DNA of 27,303 bases, taken from assembly GCA_028817905.1 (NCBI GenBank), contig JAPPOR010000544.1, forward strand, positions 1-27,303, read 5' to 3'. A program made the position numbers and the translations under genes. The DNA is from Myxococcales bacterium. GTDB taxonomy: Bacteria; Myxococcota_A; Polyangia; Polyangiales; JAFGIB01. Positions 16,977 through 26,221 of this stretch are shown here, piece after piece (position 1 is the first letter of the stretch; each line of letters opens with the position of its first letter). A model generated the notes under the pieces. The model saw nothing but the letters and a program-made list of their open reading frames with translations. It was not told the origin of the DNA and searched no databases.

Positions 16977-19054
16977 GAGGTGACCAAGTGGACTTGATCC
17001 AACCGTGGGTGATCGGCTTCGCCCTGCTCGTACTCGTCGTGCTGGGCGCGCTGGTGATGTTTGCGCGCTTCTATCGCAAGGTGGACCAGGGCAAGGCGCT
17101 GATCATCAACACCATGGCCTCGGAGCCGATGGTGACGTTCACGGGCGGCATCGTCGTCCCCATCTTGCACCGCGCAGAGATCATGGAGATCTCGGTCAAG
17201 ACCATCGATATCGACCGGCGTGGCAAGGAGGGGCTGATCTGCAAGGACAATATCCGCGCCGATATCAAGGTTGCCTTCTTCGTACGCGTCAACAAGACCC
17301 GCGGCGACGTGCTCAAGGTGGCCCAGTCGATCGGATGCGACCGGGCGTCGGATCAGAAGACCCTCGAGACACTGTTCGTCGCCAAGTTCTCCGAGGCGCT
17401 CAAGACGGTCGGCAAGCGGATGGAGTTCGAAGAGCTCTATACGATGCGGGACGTGTTCCGAGATCAGATCATCGAGGTGATCGGCAAGGACCTCAACGGG
17501 TACGTCCTGGACGATGCCGCGATCGACTATCTGGAACAGACCCAGGTCGAGCTATTGGACCCGCAGAACATCTTGGATGCTCAGGGCATTCGCAAGATCA
17601 CCCAGATGACTGCGGCCCAGAGCGTCGCGACCAATGACCTGCGGCAGGAGGAACGCAAGTCGATCACGCGCCAGAACGTGGACGCCCAGGAGAAGATCCT
17701 GGAGATGGAGCGCCAGCAGGAAGACGCGGTCGCCAAGCAGAAGCGCGAGGTCGAGAGCATTCGCGCGCGCGAAGAGGCGGAAACACTGCGTGTGCAGGCC
17801 GAGGAGCGGCAGCGGTCGGAGCTGGCCCGCATCAAGGCCGACGAGGCGATCGCCGTCGAGGCGCAGAACCAGCAGCGCCAAGTCGAGATCGCCCAAAAGG
17901 CGCGCGAGCGGGCCGTCCAAGTCGAGGCGGAGCGGGTCGAGAAGGACCGTCAGCTCGAGGCGATCGCGCGCGAGCGCGAGACCGAACTGTCGCGCATCGA
18001 CAAGGAAAAATCGCTGGAGGTGGAGCGCAAGGTGATTGCAGACACCATCTCGCAGCGAATCGCGGTCGAAAAACAGGTGGCCGAGGAGGAGGAGCGCATC
18101 AAGGACCTGCGGGTGTTGGCGGAGGCCAAGCGCAACAAGGACGCGACGGTGATCGCCGCCGAGGCCCAGGCGCAGGAAGTGGTGGTCAGGCAGGTCAAGC
18201 AGGCGGAGGCGGAGGAGTTGTCGGCCAAGCACAAGGCCTCCGAGCAGGTCACGATCGCGGAGGCCGAGCTCGAGTCGGCCGACAGGCTGGCGCGCGCCAA
18301 GATCCGGCTGGCCGAGGGCACCCAGGCTGAACAGGCCGCCCAGGGGCTGGCCCAGGTGCGCGTTAAGGAAGCGGACGCGCTGGCGATCGAAAAAGAGGGC
18401 AAGGCGAACGCCGAGGCGAACCGGAATATGCTGGTCGCCGAAGCAGCGGGGGCCGAAGCCAAGGGGATGGCGGAGGTCAAGGTCAAGGAGGCCGAGGCCG
18501 CGGCCATCGAGCGAGTCGGTGCCGCCGAGGCCCAAGCGATCAAGGTCAAGATGGAGGCCGAGGCCGCTGGCCTGGCCAACAAGGCCGACGCGATGCAGAA
18601 GCTCGATGGCCTGGGTCGCGAGCACGAAGAGTTCAGGATACGCCTCGAAAAGGACAAGGAGGTCGAGCTTTCTTCGATCGCGGCGCGCAAGGAGGTGGCG
18701 GGTCGCAATGCGGACATTCTCTCGCAGGCAATGGCGAACGCGCGTATCAACCTCGTCGGAGGCGACGGTGCCTTCCTGGACCAGTTCTTCCGGGCCGTTT
18801 CCGTTGGCCAGTCCCTCGATGGTGTGGCCCACGGCAGCGATGCCGGCCGCGCGATGCTTACCGAGTATGTCGACGGGGACGCGAGCTTTCGCGAGGATTT
18901 GAAGGAGGTCCTGACGAAGGGGCGGTTCCAGCCGGAGGATCTGAAGAACCTCAGTCTGTCCGCGCTTTTGGCGCAGATGGCTGCCGGCGCGGACGGGACC
19001 AGGAAGAAGGCGCTGGAGGACCTCCTGCAGCGTGCCAAGGACTTGGAGTCCTGA
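16973..19054 (+). CDS. Flotillin / SPFH (band-7) family protein, YqiK/FloT-like (693 aa)
   Basis: N-terminal membrane anchor WVIGFALLVLVVLGALVMFARFYRK. SPFH domain. Long Glu/Ala/Arg/Gln-rich coiled-coil region with flotillin-type EA repeats (AEAEA...). ATGA-coupled to the upstream NfeD-like gene. Confidence 0.85.
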   Translation: MRGDQVDLIQPWVIGFALLVLVVLGALVMFARFYRKVDQGKALIINTMASEPMVTFTGGIVVPILHRAEIMEISVKTIDIDRRGKEGLICKDNIRADIKVAFFVRVNKTRGDVLKVAQSIGCDRASDQKTLETLFVAKFSEALKTVGKRMEFEELYTMRDVFRDQIIEVIGKDLNGYVLDDAAIDYLEQTQVELLDPQNILDAQGIRKITQMTAAQSVATNDLRQEERKSITRQNVDAQEKILEMERQQEDAVAKQKREVESIRAREEAETLRVQAEERQRSELARIKADEAIAVEAQNQQRQVEIAQKARERAVQVEAERVEKDRQLEAIARERETELSRIDKEKSLEVERKVIADTISQRIAVEKQVAEEEERIKDLRVLAEAKRNKDATVIAAEAQAQEVVVRQVKQAEAEELSAKHKASEQVTIAEAELESADRLARAKIRLAEGTQAEQAAQGLAQVRVKEADALAIEKEGKANAEANRNMLVAEAAGAEAKGMAEVKVKEAEAAAIERVGAAEAQAIKVKMEAEAAGLANKADAMQKLDGLGREHEEFRIRLEKDKEVELSSIAARKEVAGRNADILSQAMANARINLVGGDGAFLDQFFRAVSVGQSLDGVAHGSDAGRAMLTEYVDGDASFREDLKEVLTKGRFQPEDLKNLSLSALLAQMAAGADGTRKKALEDLLQRAKDLES

Positions 19055-19066
19055 GCCAGGCTGAGA

Positions 19067-22000
19067 ATGGCTGAAGATCGCGATAGCGCCCAGGGGGGAA
19101 CGGCGGCCGCGCCGGGTCAGGTGGCCGAGTCGGAGCTGGCCGGGGGCAGCTACGAGTTGATCCGGGAGCGCCTCGTGGTGCAGGCCCGGGGTCTCGGTGA
19201 GCTTTCGGCTGCGTTGAACACTCGTCGCCAGGAGGTCTTTGGAGGCACGCAACTCGCTGTGGTCGGCAATGCGCGCGTGCGCACGGAGAACAACTGCCGG
19301 CCGCGGGACATCGTCCAGGTCAGTGGCCACATGCTGTTCGGGTACAACGTGTTCATCGGGCTGCGGACCGAGACGCGCATTGAAGACGTGCTGGGGCTCT
19401 ATGACCTGTCGGATGCCCAAGACGCGTTCGGGCTTGAGTTGCTTGCGGCCGACCATGCGGACACTGCGTTCCTGCACGCCCCCGAGTTCGTACGCGATTT
19501 CGAGGAGCTCTGCCGCTACTACAAGGAGACTCGCCTCGTTCGCCTGACACGCAATGAAGCGCACCTGCTGGCCGTGTTTCAGATCGGGCAGAGCGACAGT
19601 GATCTGCGGATCTTCCGCTTTCAATTGTCACCCGAGGGTGTCCGCTACATCGACAATCGCGGCGACCGCGAGTACCGCTTTCCCCCATCGCATGCGTTCG
19701 AGTGGACCCAAACCACGCGCGACCAGCAGGTCGCCGGTCGTGTGCCGCACGCGAATATCGAAGACGAGCTCTTCGTCGAAACGAGCGGGGGCGACCTCAC
19801 GCTCAAGGTCGAGAACAACACGGAGACGGGGGAGGGCATCTACAACGAGCCCGTCGAGGAAGACAATCAGAGCCTGGACGACGCCGAGATTCACTACGCA
19901 CGCGTCGGTGCGTTGATCCTGCTCAAGGTGTTGCCCTATCGCGAGGAGCGCTATCGCTACCTGGTGTTCGCGACGCGGTCCCATCGCGTCCAGCGGATCG
20001 ACGCGATCGGAGAGGCCTGCCTCGAGCTGCCCGAGGATCACGGGATCATCTTTCCTGGTGGGTACTTTCTTCAGGATGGGCAGTACAAGGTCTTCGATGG
20101 AGACTTTTCTGGCTTTCAGTACGAGCGTCGCGTGCTCGCGCCCAATGGTGAGGACGTCTTGTACGTCTTTCACAGGCACCTCGATGGTCACTATGTGCTG
20201 TTCCCCTACAACCTGATCCGCAAGGAGGTGCAGACGCCGATTCACTGTCACGGATACAGCCTGTTTGAGGATGGCCGGATGGTGATCTTCCGGTCCACGT
20301 CCGATGAGCCTACCCGCGTGCACGCGATGCAGCTGTGGCAAACGCCGTTCGTGTCAGAGGAGTTTGCTGCACAGGCGCCGCAGGGTGAGGGATTGCTGGA
20401 GAATATCGGCAACGCCGAACTGGTGCGCGGCATTTCCGATTGCTACAGCATCCGCCGAGCGGTCGAGGAGACCGAGCCATCACGGCAGGTCTACGAGGAC
20501 TTGATAGCCGCCATCGGGCGCACGCTCGATGCCTACTACTGGCTCGAGGAAGCCGAGGTCGGCAATCTGCGCGCCGCGCTCGAGGAACTGCGCTCGACCA
20601 CAGAGCTCATCGTGGACGAGTTCGTCAAGGTCACCGCCCTCAAAGAGCAGGCGCAGACCGCGCTCTCCGATGCCGAGCGGGCACAGGTCGATCTGCTCAA
20701 TCGCAGCCGCCCGGATGTGTTCAGGTCGGTGCAGGAGTTCATGGGTGGGTTGACGGGGCTTCGGACCCAGCGGGGCCATCTCATCACGCTCAAGGAGGTA
20801 CGCTACATTGACGCGGGCCGCCTGGATGAACTGGAGCAGCAAGTCGTCGAGGCCTTTGATCGCTTGAGTCGTGCCACCGCGGCTTTCTTGTTGCAGGGCG
20901 AGGCGCTCGCGCCCCTGCGCAAGGAGATCGAGGAACTGCTTCAGGGGATCGAGGGCACCAACAAGACCCATGAGCTTGCAGCCCTTGGAGAGCGGCTCGA
21001 GGAAACCTCCGAGGGCCTGACGGTCCTCAGCGAGGTGGTCGGTAGCCTGGAGGTCGAAGATCCCGTCGAGCGGACCGCCATCCTGGAGCACATTTCCGAG
21101 GTGTTCGCGCAGCTCAACAGGGTGCGCGCGACCTTCCAGAATCGCAAGAAGGAGCTGCTGAGCGTAGAGGGCAAGGCGGAGTTTGCAGCTCAATTTACGC
21201 TGTTTTCGCAGAGCGTGACCAGCGCCATGGGCCTGGCGGACACGCCCGAGCGTTGCGATGAGCAGCTGTCGCGTTTGATGGTGCAACTGGAGGAACTGGA
21301 GGCGCGCTTCAGCGAGTTCGATGAATTCCTGGCGGACCTGACCAGCAAGCGCGAGGAGGTCTATCAGGCGCTGGAGCAGAAGAAGCAGCAGTTGCTCGAC
21401 GAACGCCAGCGACGCGCCGAGAACCTTCTTTCGGCCGCCGATCGCATCCTTGTGGGGATCGAGCGGCGCGCCAAGGGCTTTGCGGAAGCCGACGAGCTCA
21501 ACGCCTACTTCGCGTCCGATCCGATGGTGTTGAAGCTGCAGGAACTTGCCGAGCGGCTGGAGGACCTCGGTGACGCCCCGCGGGCGGAAGGGCTGCGCGC
21601 GCGTCTGAAAACGGAGCGCCAGAACGCCGCGCGCAGCCTGCGCGACAAGCTTGAGTTGTTCGAGGAGGGCCAGGCGGTCGTCAAGTTCGGCCAGCATCGC
21701 TTCGCGGTCAACCAGGAGGCGCTCGAGCTCACCTTGCTCGCTTCCGGGGATGACATGCAGTTGGCGCTGTCCGGCACCAACTTCCGGGAGCCGGTTTCCG
21801 ATAGCGACTTCGAAGCCACCCGGGACTACTGGGACCAGCATCTCGTGTCGGAGACGCCCGACGTCTATCGCGGGGAATACCTGGCGGCGTCGATCCTGTT
21901 CGACGCGCAGGCCCATCGCGATGGGTTGTCGCTGCAGGGCCTGCGGGATGCTGAGCGCACCGAGGAGGGGCTTTTTGAGCTGGTGCGCAAGCAGGCCGCG

Positions 22001-24598
22001 GCGCGCTTTGATGAGGGCTACGAGCGGGGGCTCCACGACGCCGACGCGACGCGGATTCTCGAAGGCTTGCTGCACCTGCACGACGGCGCGGGCCTGTTGC
22101 GGTTCTCGCCCGACGCGCGGGCCGTGGCCGTGCTGTTCTGGGCGCTGGCCCCGGAGGGCGTTGCCGACGTCCCCAAGGAAGCATGGCGAAGGCGGGCGAG
22201 GAGCCTTCGCCAGTTGCGCGAGGTGTTTGAGCATTCTTCTGCGGTGGGCGAGCTTGCGGGGGAGCTTGGTGCGGCCATCGGGCGCTTTTGTCAGGAGCAA
22301 GGTCTCGACGTGTCGGCCGCGCAGGTGCGCGAGGCCGGGGCCTATCTTGTGGAGGAGCTCGGCGCTGAGGAAGTGCGTTTCGCCAGCAGTGCGGGGGCCG
22401 AGCGTTTGCGCACGACCCTGTTGGACCAGCTCCACTCGCAGGGGACTCGAGCGCGCTTCGAGCAGGACCTGGAGGCGCTGCAGGAGCGTGTTGCTGGCGG
22501 GATCGGGCTGGCACGGGCCTGGCTCGAGGCCCTGAGCCGCAGGACGAACGCCTCGCTCGATGCGAACGATGCGGGCGCCTCGCGGCACGTCTTGCTGGAG
22601 GCGGCTGTACAGCTGTTTACGTTACACCGAGTCGCGTACGTGCAGAGCAGCGCCCGCACGGTGGCGACCGTGGAGGGGCTCTTGGGCCAGCATCCGCGCA
22701 TCGTCGGGCGCAAGCTCGAGTTGCGTCTGGATGAGTTCCTCGCGCGGCTTTCGGAGTTCATTCATACGCGTGTGCCGGGGTATCGGCGCTACCGAGAACT
22801 TCGCCACGCGCTGCTTGAGCGAGAGCGTGCGCGTCTACGTCTCGACGAGTTCATGCCGCGCGTGCTGTCGTCTTTCGTGCGCAACCGGCTGATCAACGAA
22901 GTGTACCTTCCACTCATCGGCGACAATCTCGCCAAGCAGTTGGGCGCTGTGGGTGACAGCAAGCGTACGGACTTGATGGGCCTGCTGTTGCTCATCTCGC
23001 CTCCCGGGTACGGAAAGACCACCCTGATGGAGTACATCGCCAGTCGCCTTGGACTGGTCTTCATGAAGATCAACGGGCCCTCCCTGGGCCACGGGGTCAC
23101 TTCGCTCGATCCGGGGCAAGCGGATAGTGCGACGGCTCGCCAGGAAGTGGAGAAGGTGAACCTGGCCTTTGAGATGGGCAATAACGTGATGCTCTATCTC
23201 GATGACATCCAGCATACGCACCCGGAGTTCCTGCAGAAGTTCATCTCGTTGTGCGATGGTCAGAGGCGCATCGAGGGCGTATGGAAAGGCAACACGCGTA
23301 CCTATGACCTGCGTGGCCGTCGCTTTTGCGTGGTGATGGCGGGCAATCCCTATACCGAGAGCGGTGAGAAGTTCCAGATCCCGGACATGCTCGCCAACCG
23401 CGCCGACACTTACAACCTGGGTGACATTCTGGGTGGCTCCCAGGAGGCGTTCGCCCTGAGCTACGTGGAGAACTCGATCACCAGTAACCCGGTGCTGTCC
23501 CAGCTTGCCAATCGCGACCAGGCGGATGTCTACCGTTTCGTCAGGCTGGCCCAGGGCGAGGAGGTGCGCACCAGCGAGCTGAGTCATGGCTACTCGAGCG
23601 TCGAGGTCGATGAGATCGTGGCGGTGCTCAGGCGGATGTTCCAGGTGCGAGACATTCTCCTATCGATCAACCGGACCTATATCGCGTCGGCGTCTATGGA
23701 CGACCGCTTCCGGACCGAGCCACCGTTCAAGCTGCAGGGAAGCTACCGCAACATGAACAAGCTGGCCGAGAAGGTCGTGGCTGCGATGAATGACGCGGAG
23801 CTGCAGCAGCTCATTTCTGACCACTATCAAGGGGAGGCCCAGACCCTGACCACGGGTGCCGAGCAGAATCTGTTGAAGCTGGCCGAGCTGCGCGGGGTCC
23901 TGACCGAGGAGCAAGCCGCGCGCTGGGCCGCGCTGAAGAAGGGCTTCCAGCGTGTGCAGAGCGTTGGCGGGGGCGACGATGATCCGGTGACGCGTGTAGT
24001 CGGCCAGCTCAGCGGTGTTGGGGTTCAGCTGGAGGGGATTCGCGACGCGCTATCGGCCGCCTCGGAGCGAGCCCTGGCTGCACGCGCGGAGCAGGAGCGG
24101 GCGCTGGTGCCCGAGGAACCGGTAGAAACCGCGGCCGAAGACGCTGCCTTCGCGCAGCACCGGGAGATGCTGACCGCACGCCTCGGGCAAATTGTGGAGG
24201 CGGTCGAGGGGCTGGCTCGACGCAATGTCGACGTTCAGGTCCAGGCCGACGTGGGTCGTGATCTCTTGGGTCTGATGGAGCAGCATGGCCAGCTGGTGCG
24301 GGAGGGCATCATGCCCCTGGTGCAGCATACGGTTCGCCAGGCGGCCCAGGCCGCCCGGGCAACCCAGACAGCTCAGCAGGTATCCCAGCCGACGAGCGCC
24401 AGCCCTGGTGCGGCCGTAGGCCCTCCGGGTGCAGCCCCGGTCGAGCACGACCTGCACTGGAACATCGGCCACATTCTGGGCCTGACCCGGGCGATCGCCG
24501 AGCGCATCGACGACATGCAACGGGGCCAACGAATGATCCTGCGCGACCTTTCCGCCCGGCGAAAACGGGCGGCCGCTGCGCGCAAGGCGAAGGAATAG
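19067..24598 (+). CDS. Giant (1843 aa) protein: beta-rich N-terminal region, ~800-aa helical/coiled-coil middle, C-terminal AAA+ ATPase (MoxR/dynein AAA_5-like) and a basic tail
   Basis: Walker A SPPGYGKTTLMEY (about 23001-23030). Walker B VMLYLDDIQH (about 23188-23213). Sensor-1-like VVMAGNPYTE (about 23330-23355). The N-terminal ~440 aa are rich in short beta-strand-like Y/F/V segments. The middle is heptad-like E/L/R/Q-rich. The start ATG at 19067 is 12 nt after the flotillin stop. Confidence 0.8.
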   Translation: MAEDRDSAQGGTAAAPGQVAESELAGGSYELIRERLVVQARGLGELSAALNTRRQEVFGGTQLAVVGNARVRTENNCRPRDIVQVSGHMLFGYNVFIGLRTETRIEDVLGLYDLSDAQDAFGLELLAADHADTAFLHAPEFVRDFEELCRYYKETRLVRLTRNEAHLLAVFQIGQSDSDLRIFRFQLSPEGVRYIDNRGDREYRFPPSHAFEWTQTTRDQQVAGRVPHANIEDELFVETSGGDLTLKVENNTETGEGIYNEPVEEDNQSLDDAEIHYARVGALILLKVLPYREERYRYLVFATRSHRVQRIDAIGEACLELPEDHGIIFPGGYFLQDGQYKVFDGDFSGFQYERRVLAPNGEDVLYVFHRHLDGHYVLFPYNLIRKEVQTPIHCHGYSLFEDGRMVIFRSTSDEPTRVHAMQLWQTPFVSEEFAAQAPQGEGLLENIGNAELVRGISDCYSIRRAVEETEPSRQVYEDLIAAIGRTLDAYYWLEEAEVGNLRAALEELRSTTELIVDEFVKVTALKEQAQTALSDAERAQVDLLNRSRPDVFRSVQEFMGGLTGLRTQRGHLITLKEVRYIDAGRLDELEQQVVEAFDRLSRATAAFLLQGEALAPLRKEIEELLQGIEGTNKTHELAALGERLEETSEGLTVLSEVVGSLEVEDPVERTAILEHISEVFAQLNRVRATFQNRKKELLSVEGKAEFAAQFTLFSQSVTSAMGLADTPERCDEQLSRLMVQLEELEARFSEFDEFLADLTSKREEVYQALEQKKQQLLDERQRRAENLLSAADRILVGIERRAKGFAEADELNAYFASDPMVLKLQELAERLEDLGDAPRAEGLRARLKTERQNAARSLRDKLELFEEGQAVVKFGQHRFAVNQEALELTLLASGDDMQLALSGTNFREPVSDSDFEATRDYWDQHLVSETPDVYRGEYLAASILFDAQAHRDGLSLQGLRDAERTEEGLFELVRKQAAARFDEGYERGLHDADATRILEGLLHLHDGAGLLRFSPDARAVAVLFWALAPEGVADVPKEAWRRRARSLRQLREVFEHSSAVGELAGELGAAIGRFCQEQGLDVSAAQVREAGAYLVEELGAEEVRFASSAGAERLRTTLLDQLHSQGTRARFEQDLEALQERVAGGIGLARAWLEALSRRTNASLDANDAGASRHVLLEAAVQLFTLHRVAYVQSSARTVATVEGLLGQHPRIVGRKLELRLDEFLARLSEFIHTRVPGYRRYRELRHALLERERARLRLDEFMPRVLSSFVRNRLINEVYLPLIGDNLAKQLGAVGDSKRTDLMGLLLLISPPGYGKTTLMEYIASRLGLVFMKINGPSLGHGVTSLDPGQADSATARQEVEKVNLAFEMGNNVMLYLDDIQHTHPEFLQKFISLCDGQRRIEGVWKGNTRTYDLRGRRFCVVMAGNPYTESGEKFQIPDMLANRADTYNLGDILGGSQEAFALSYVENSITSNPVLSQLANRDQADVYRFVRLAQGEEVRTSELSHGYSSVEVDEIVAVLRRMFQVRDILLSINRTYIASASMDDRFRTEPPFKLQGSYRNMNKLAEKVVAAMNDAELQQLISDHYQGEAQTLTTGAEQNLLKLAELRGVLTEEQAARWAALKKGFQRVQSVGGGDDDPVTRVVGQLSGVGVQLEGIRDALSAASERALAARAEQERALVPEEPVETAAEDAAFAQHREMLTARLGQIVEAVEGLARRNVDVQVQADVGRDLLGLMEQHGQLVREGIMPLVQHTVRQAAQAARATQTAQQVSQPTSASPGAAVGPPGAAPVEHDLHWNIGHILGLTRAIAERIDDMQRGQRMILRDLSARRKRAAAARKAKE

Positions 24599-24690
24599 CG
24601 GAGCCTCCCGAGGCTCGGCCCGAGCCTCGCCGGAGGCTGGCCCCGAGTCGTCCGCGAGACACAACGGCCACGGTGCCACGCAGCGCCTTG
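24599..24690 (+). terminator. Two tandem short GC hairpins, then a 9-bp stem, right after the giant gene's stop; possible intrinsic terminator without a U-tract
   Basis: gagcct-cccg-aggctc and agcct-cgccgg-aggct at 24601-24640, and gtgccacgc...gcgtggcac around 24673-24700. There is no T-run, which is usual for a high-GC genome. Confidence 0.3.
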
Positions 24691-24788
24691 CCAGGGCGTG
24701 GCACGGGGGTTGCTTGAGGCAGTCCATTGGCGACCTGGTGAGTCGATACTGCATTCGGCTTGCGCGTACAGGAAAGCAGGGAGGCGAG

Positions 24789-26057
24789 ATGAGAAGAACG
24801 GAGCGAGCAAGCCGGTGGATGAACCTCGGGACCGACGGGCTTCATGCGGGACCTGCATTGGGCCTTGCATTGGGCCTTGCGTTGGCCCTGTCGACGACCG
24901 CGATCGCCGGGTGCCTGGGTGAGTCGGAAGCCCACGAGGTGGCGCCGGCCGAGAGTGGCCTGGCAGAACTGCGCCCAGTGCAAGGAGATTATCCGGTCAC
25001 GGGCAGCGGCGGTGAAGTCACCTGTGCCGAATACGAGTACGACGGACCGCAGGACGGGCTCACGTACATGGTTTCCGAGCGCTACGTATTCAGCAAGATG
25101 GCGGCGTTGCTGGAGACAGACGAGGAGTTCAAGCAGGCGGCGCTAAGTCAGGGGTTGGGCACGGTGGCGACCTGCGGGCAGGCGCGTCGCATGAAAACAC
25201 TTTGGCGAGAGCATATCGAAGCGCGTCCTTCCCTTGAGCACGACCAGGTGGCGGAGGATCCCGACACAAGGATCACCGAAGAGCTGGTAGAAAAGATCGC
25301 GGACGGTCGGGCGTACAGTCATCGCCCCACGGTTCGGCTAGTCACCTGGAAGAGCGCGTCCAGTACCGAGAACGTTTTTGGCTGCTCAGGCGTGTTCATT
25401 GCAGATCGAGTTATACTGTCAGCAGCGCACTGCTTCCCCAGCGATGCGCGGATGCGGATCACGGTGCGCAGTGCGGATGGTTGCGTTTTCCCCAAGGGTG
25501 CGGACTGCAATGTGGACCCAGGCAACAACCTCGTCACGGTCACAAGGCACCCGCTGTATTCGGGCAACGCCTTCCACGATATCGCCGTGCTCGAGTTGCC
25601 GGAGGAGCCGGGGTCACCGATGAATGACAGCGCCAACTGGATGCGGATCGCGACGAAGAACGCCTCGAGGGGTCAACGATACTGGCAGACTGGATGGGGT
25701 GCGAACAATCACAACGGAGATGGCTCCAACACGTTGAGGTTGACGAACCGAGATATCGGCATCGACTGGGTGGGCGACCATCATTTCATCTACAACGTGG
25801 TTCGGGGCGAAGGACGCGGATGCAAGGGAGACTCCGGTGGTCCAATGATTGCCACCGGGCTCGCGAGTGCCAATGTCGTGATGGGCCTGAACAGTGAGGG
25901 CGACCTGGATCGCCTGTCCGATGCGTGCCCATCGCCTGGAGAAAAGGTTCGCTCCACGGCCCTGGTCGACAACGTTGCATGGATCGAAGGTCAGATCGGA
26001 CGCATCTGCCAGGAGTTCTCCGGCAATGCTGGCTTCACCTACAAGCGTTGCTGGTGA
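24789..26057 (+). CDS. Secreted trypsin-like serine protease (peptidase S1), probable lipoprotein
   Basis: Signal peptide plus lipobox ...LALSTTAIAGC. Catalytic His in ILSAAHCF, Asp in HDIAVLEL and Ser in GDSGGPM. GGGAGG at 24779-24784 sits before the ATG at 24789. The ORF-track start at 24714 is a TTG with no ribosome-binding site. Confidence 0.8.
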   Translation: MRRTERASRWMNLGTDGLHAGPALGLALGLALALSTTAIAGCLGESEAHEVAPAESGLAELRPVQGDYPVTGSGGEVTCAEYEYDGPQDGLTYMVSERYVFSKMAALLETDEEFKQAALSQGLGTVATCGQARRMKTLWREHIEARPSLEHDQVAEDPDTRITEELVEKIADGRAYSHRPTVRLVTWKSASSTENVFGCSGVFIADRVILSAAHCFPSDARMRITVRSADGCVFPKGADCNVDPGNNLVTVTRHPLYSGNAFHDIAVLELPEEPGSPMNDSANWMRIATKNASRGQRYWQTGWGANNHNGDGSNTLRLTNRDIGIDWVGDHHFIYNVVRGEGRGCKGDSGGPMIATGLASANVVMGLNSEGDLDRLSDACPSPGEKVRSTALVDNVAWIEGQIGRICQEFSGNAGFTYKRCW

Positions 26058-26221
26058 CTAGTACAACGGTTCGTACGTTCCAGCAGGGTCGCTCGAGTGG
26101 ATGCGCGCCCAGGACGCGGCCGGGGAGGCAAAGGACATGCCGGGCATATTCGAGCCGAGGGCCTGTCCCGGGTGGGCATACGCCGAGCAACCCTGCTCGA
26201 ACACACGAACTGTTGTACTAG
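26058..26221. repeat. 164-bp element with ~37-bp imperfect terminal inverted repeats (long hairpin); MITE-like or a structured bidirectional terminator
   Basis: Left arm ctagtacaacggttcgtacgttccagcagggtcgctc (26058-26094). The reverse complement of the right arm (26185-26221) is ctagtacaacagttcgtgtgttcgagcagggttgctc. About 31 of 37 positions match. Both arms begin with CTAG. A central near-palindrome catgccgggcat is present. The element fills the whole gap between the convergent protease gene and the small minus-strand gene. Confidence 0.6.

Noticed and set aside
17552-19624. 690-aa minus-strand ORF antisense to the flotillin gene, plus similar long antisense ORFs (20480..22588, 21729..22514, 5093..5656, 1325..2002)
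   Set aside because: They are typical high-GC antisense open frames. The translations are low-complexity Leu/Arg/Gly/Pro-rich mirrors of the sense-strand coiled-coil codons. They have no motifs, no ribosome-binding sites, and overlap well-supported genes entirely.
24852-24890. 12-bp tandem repeat ggccttgcattg x3 near the protease 5' end
   Set aside because: It lies inside the coding sequence and simply encodes the repetitive hydrophobic core of the signal peptide (GLALGLALA). It is not an independent regulatory repeat.
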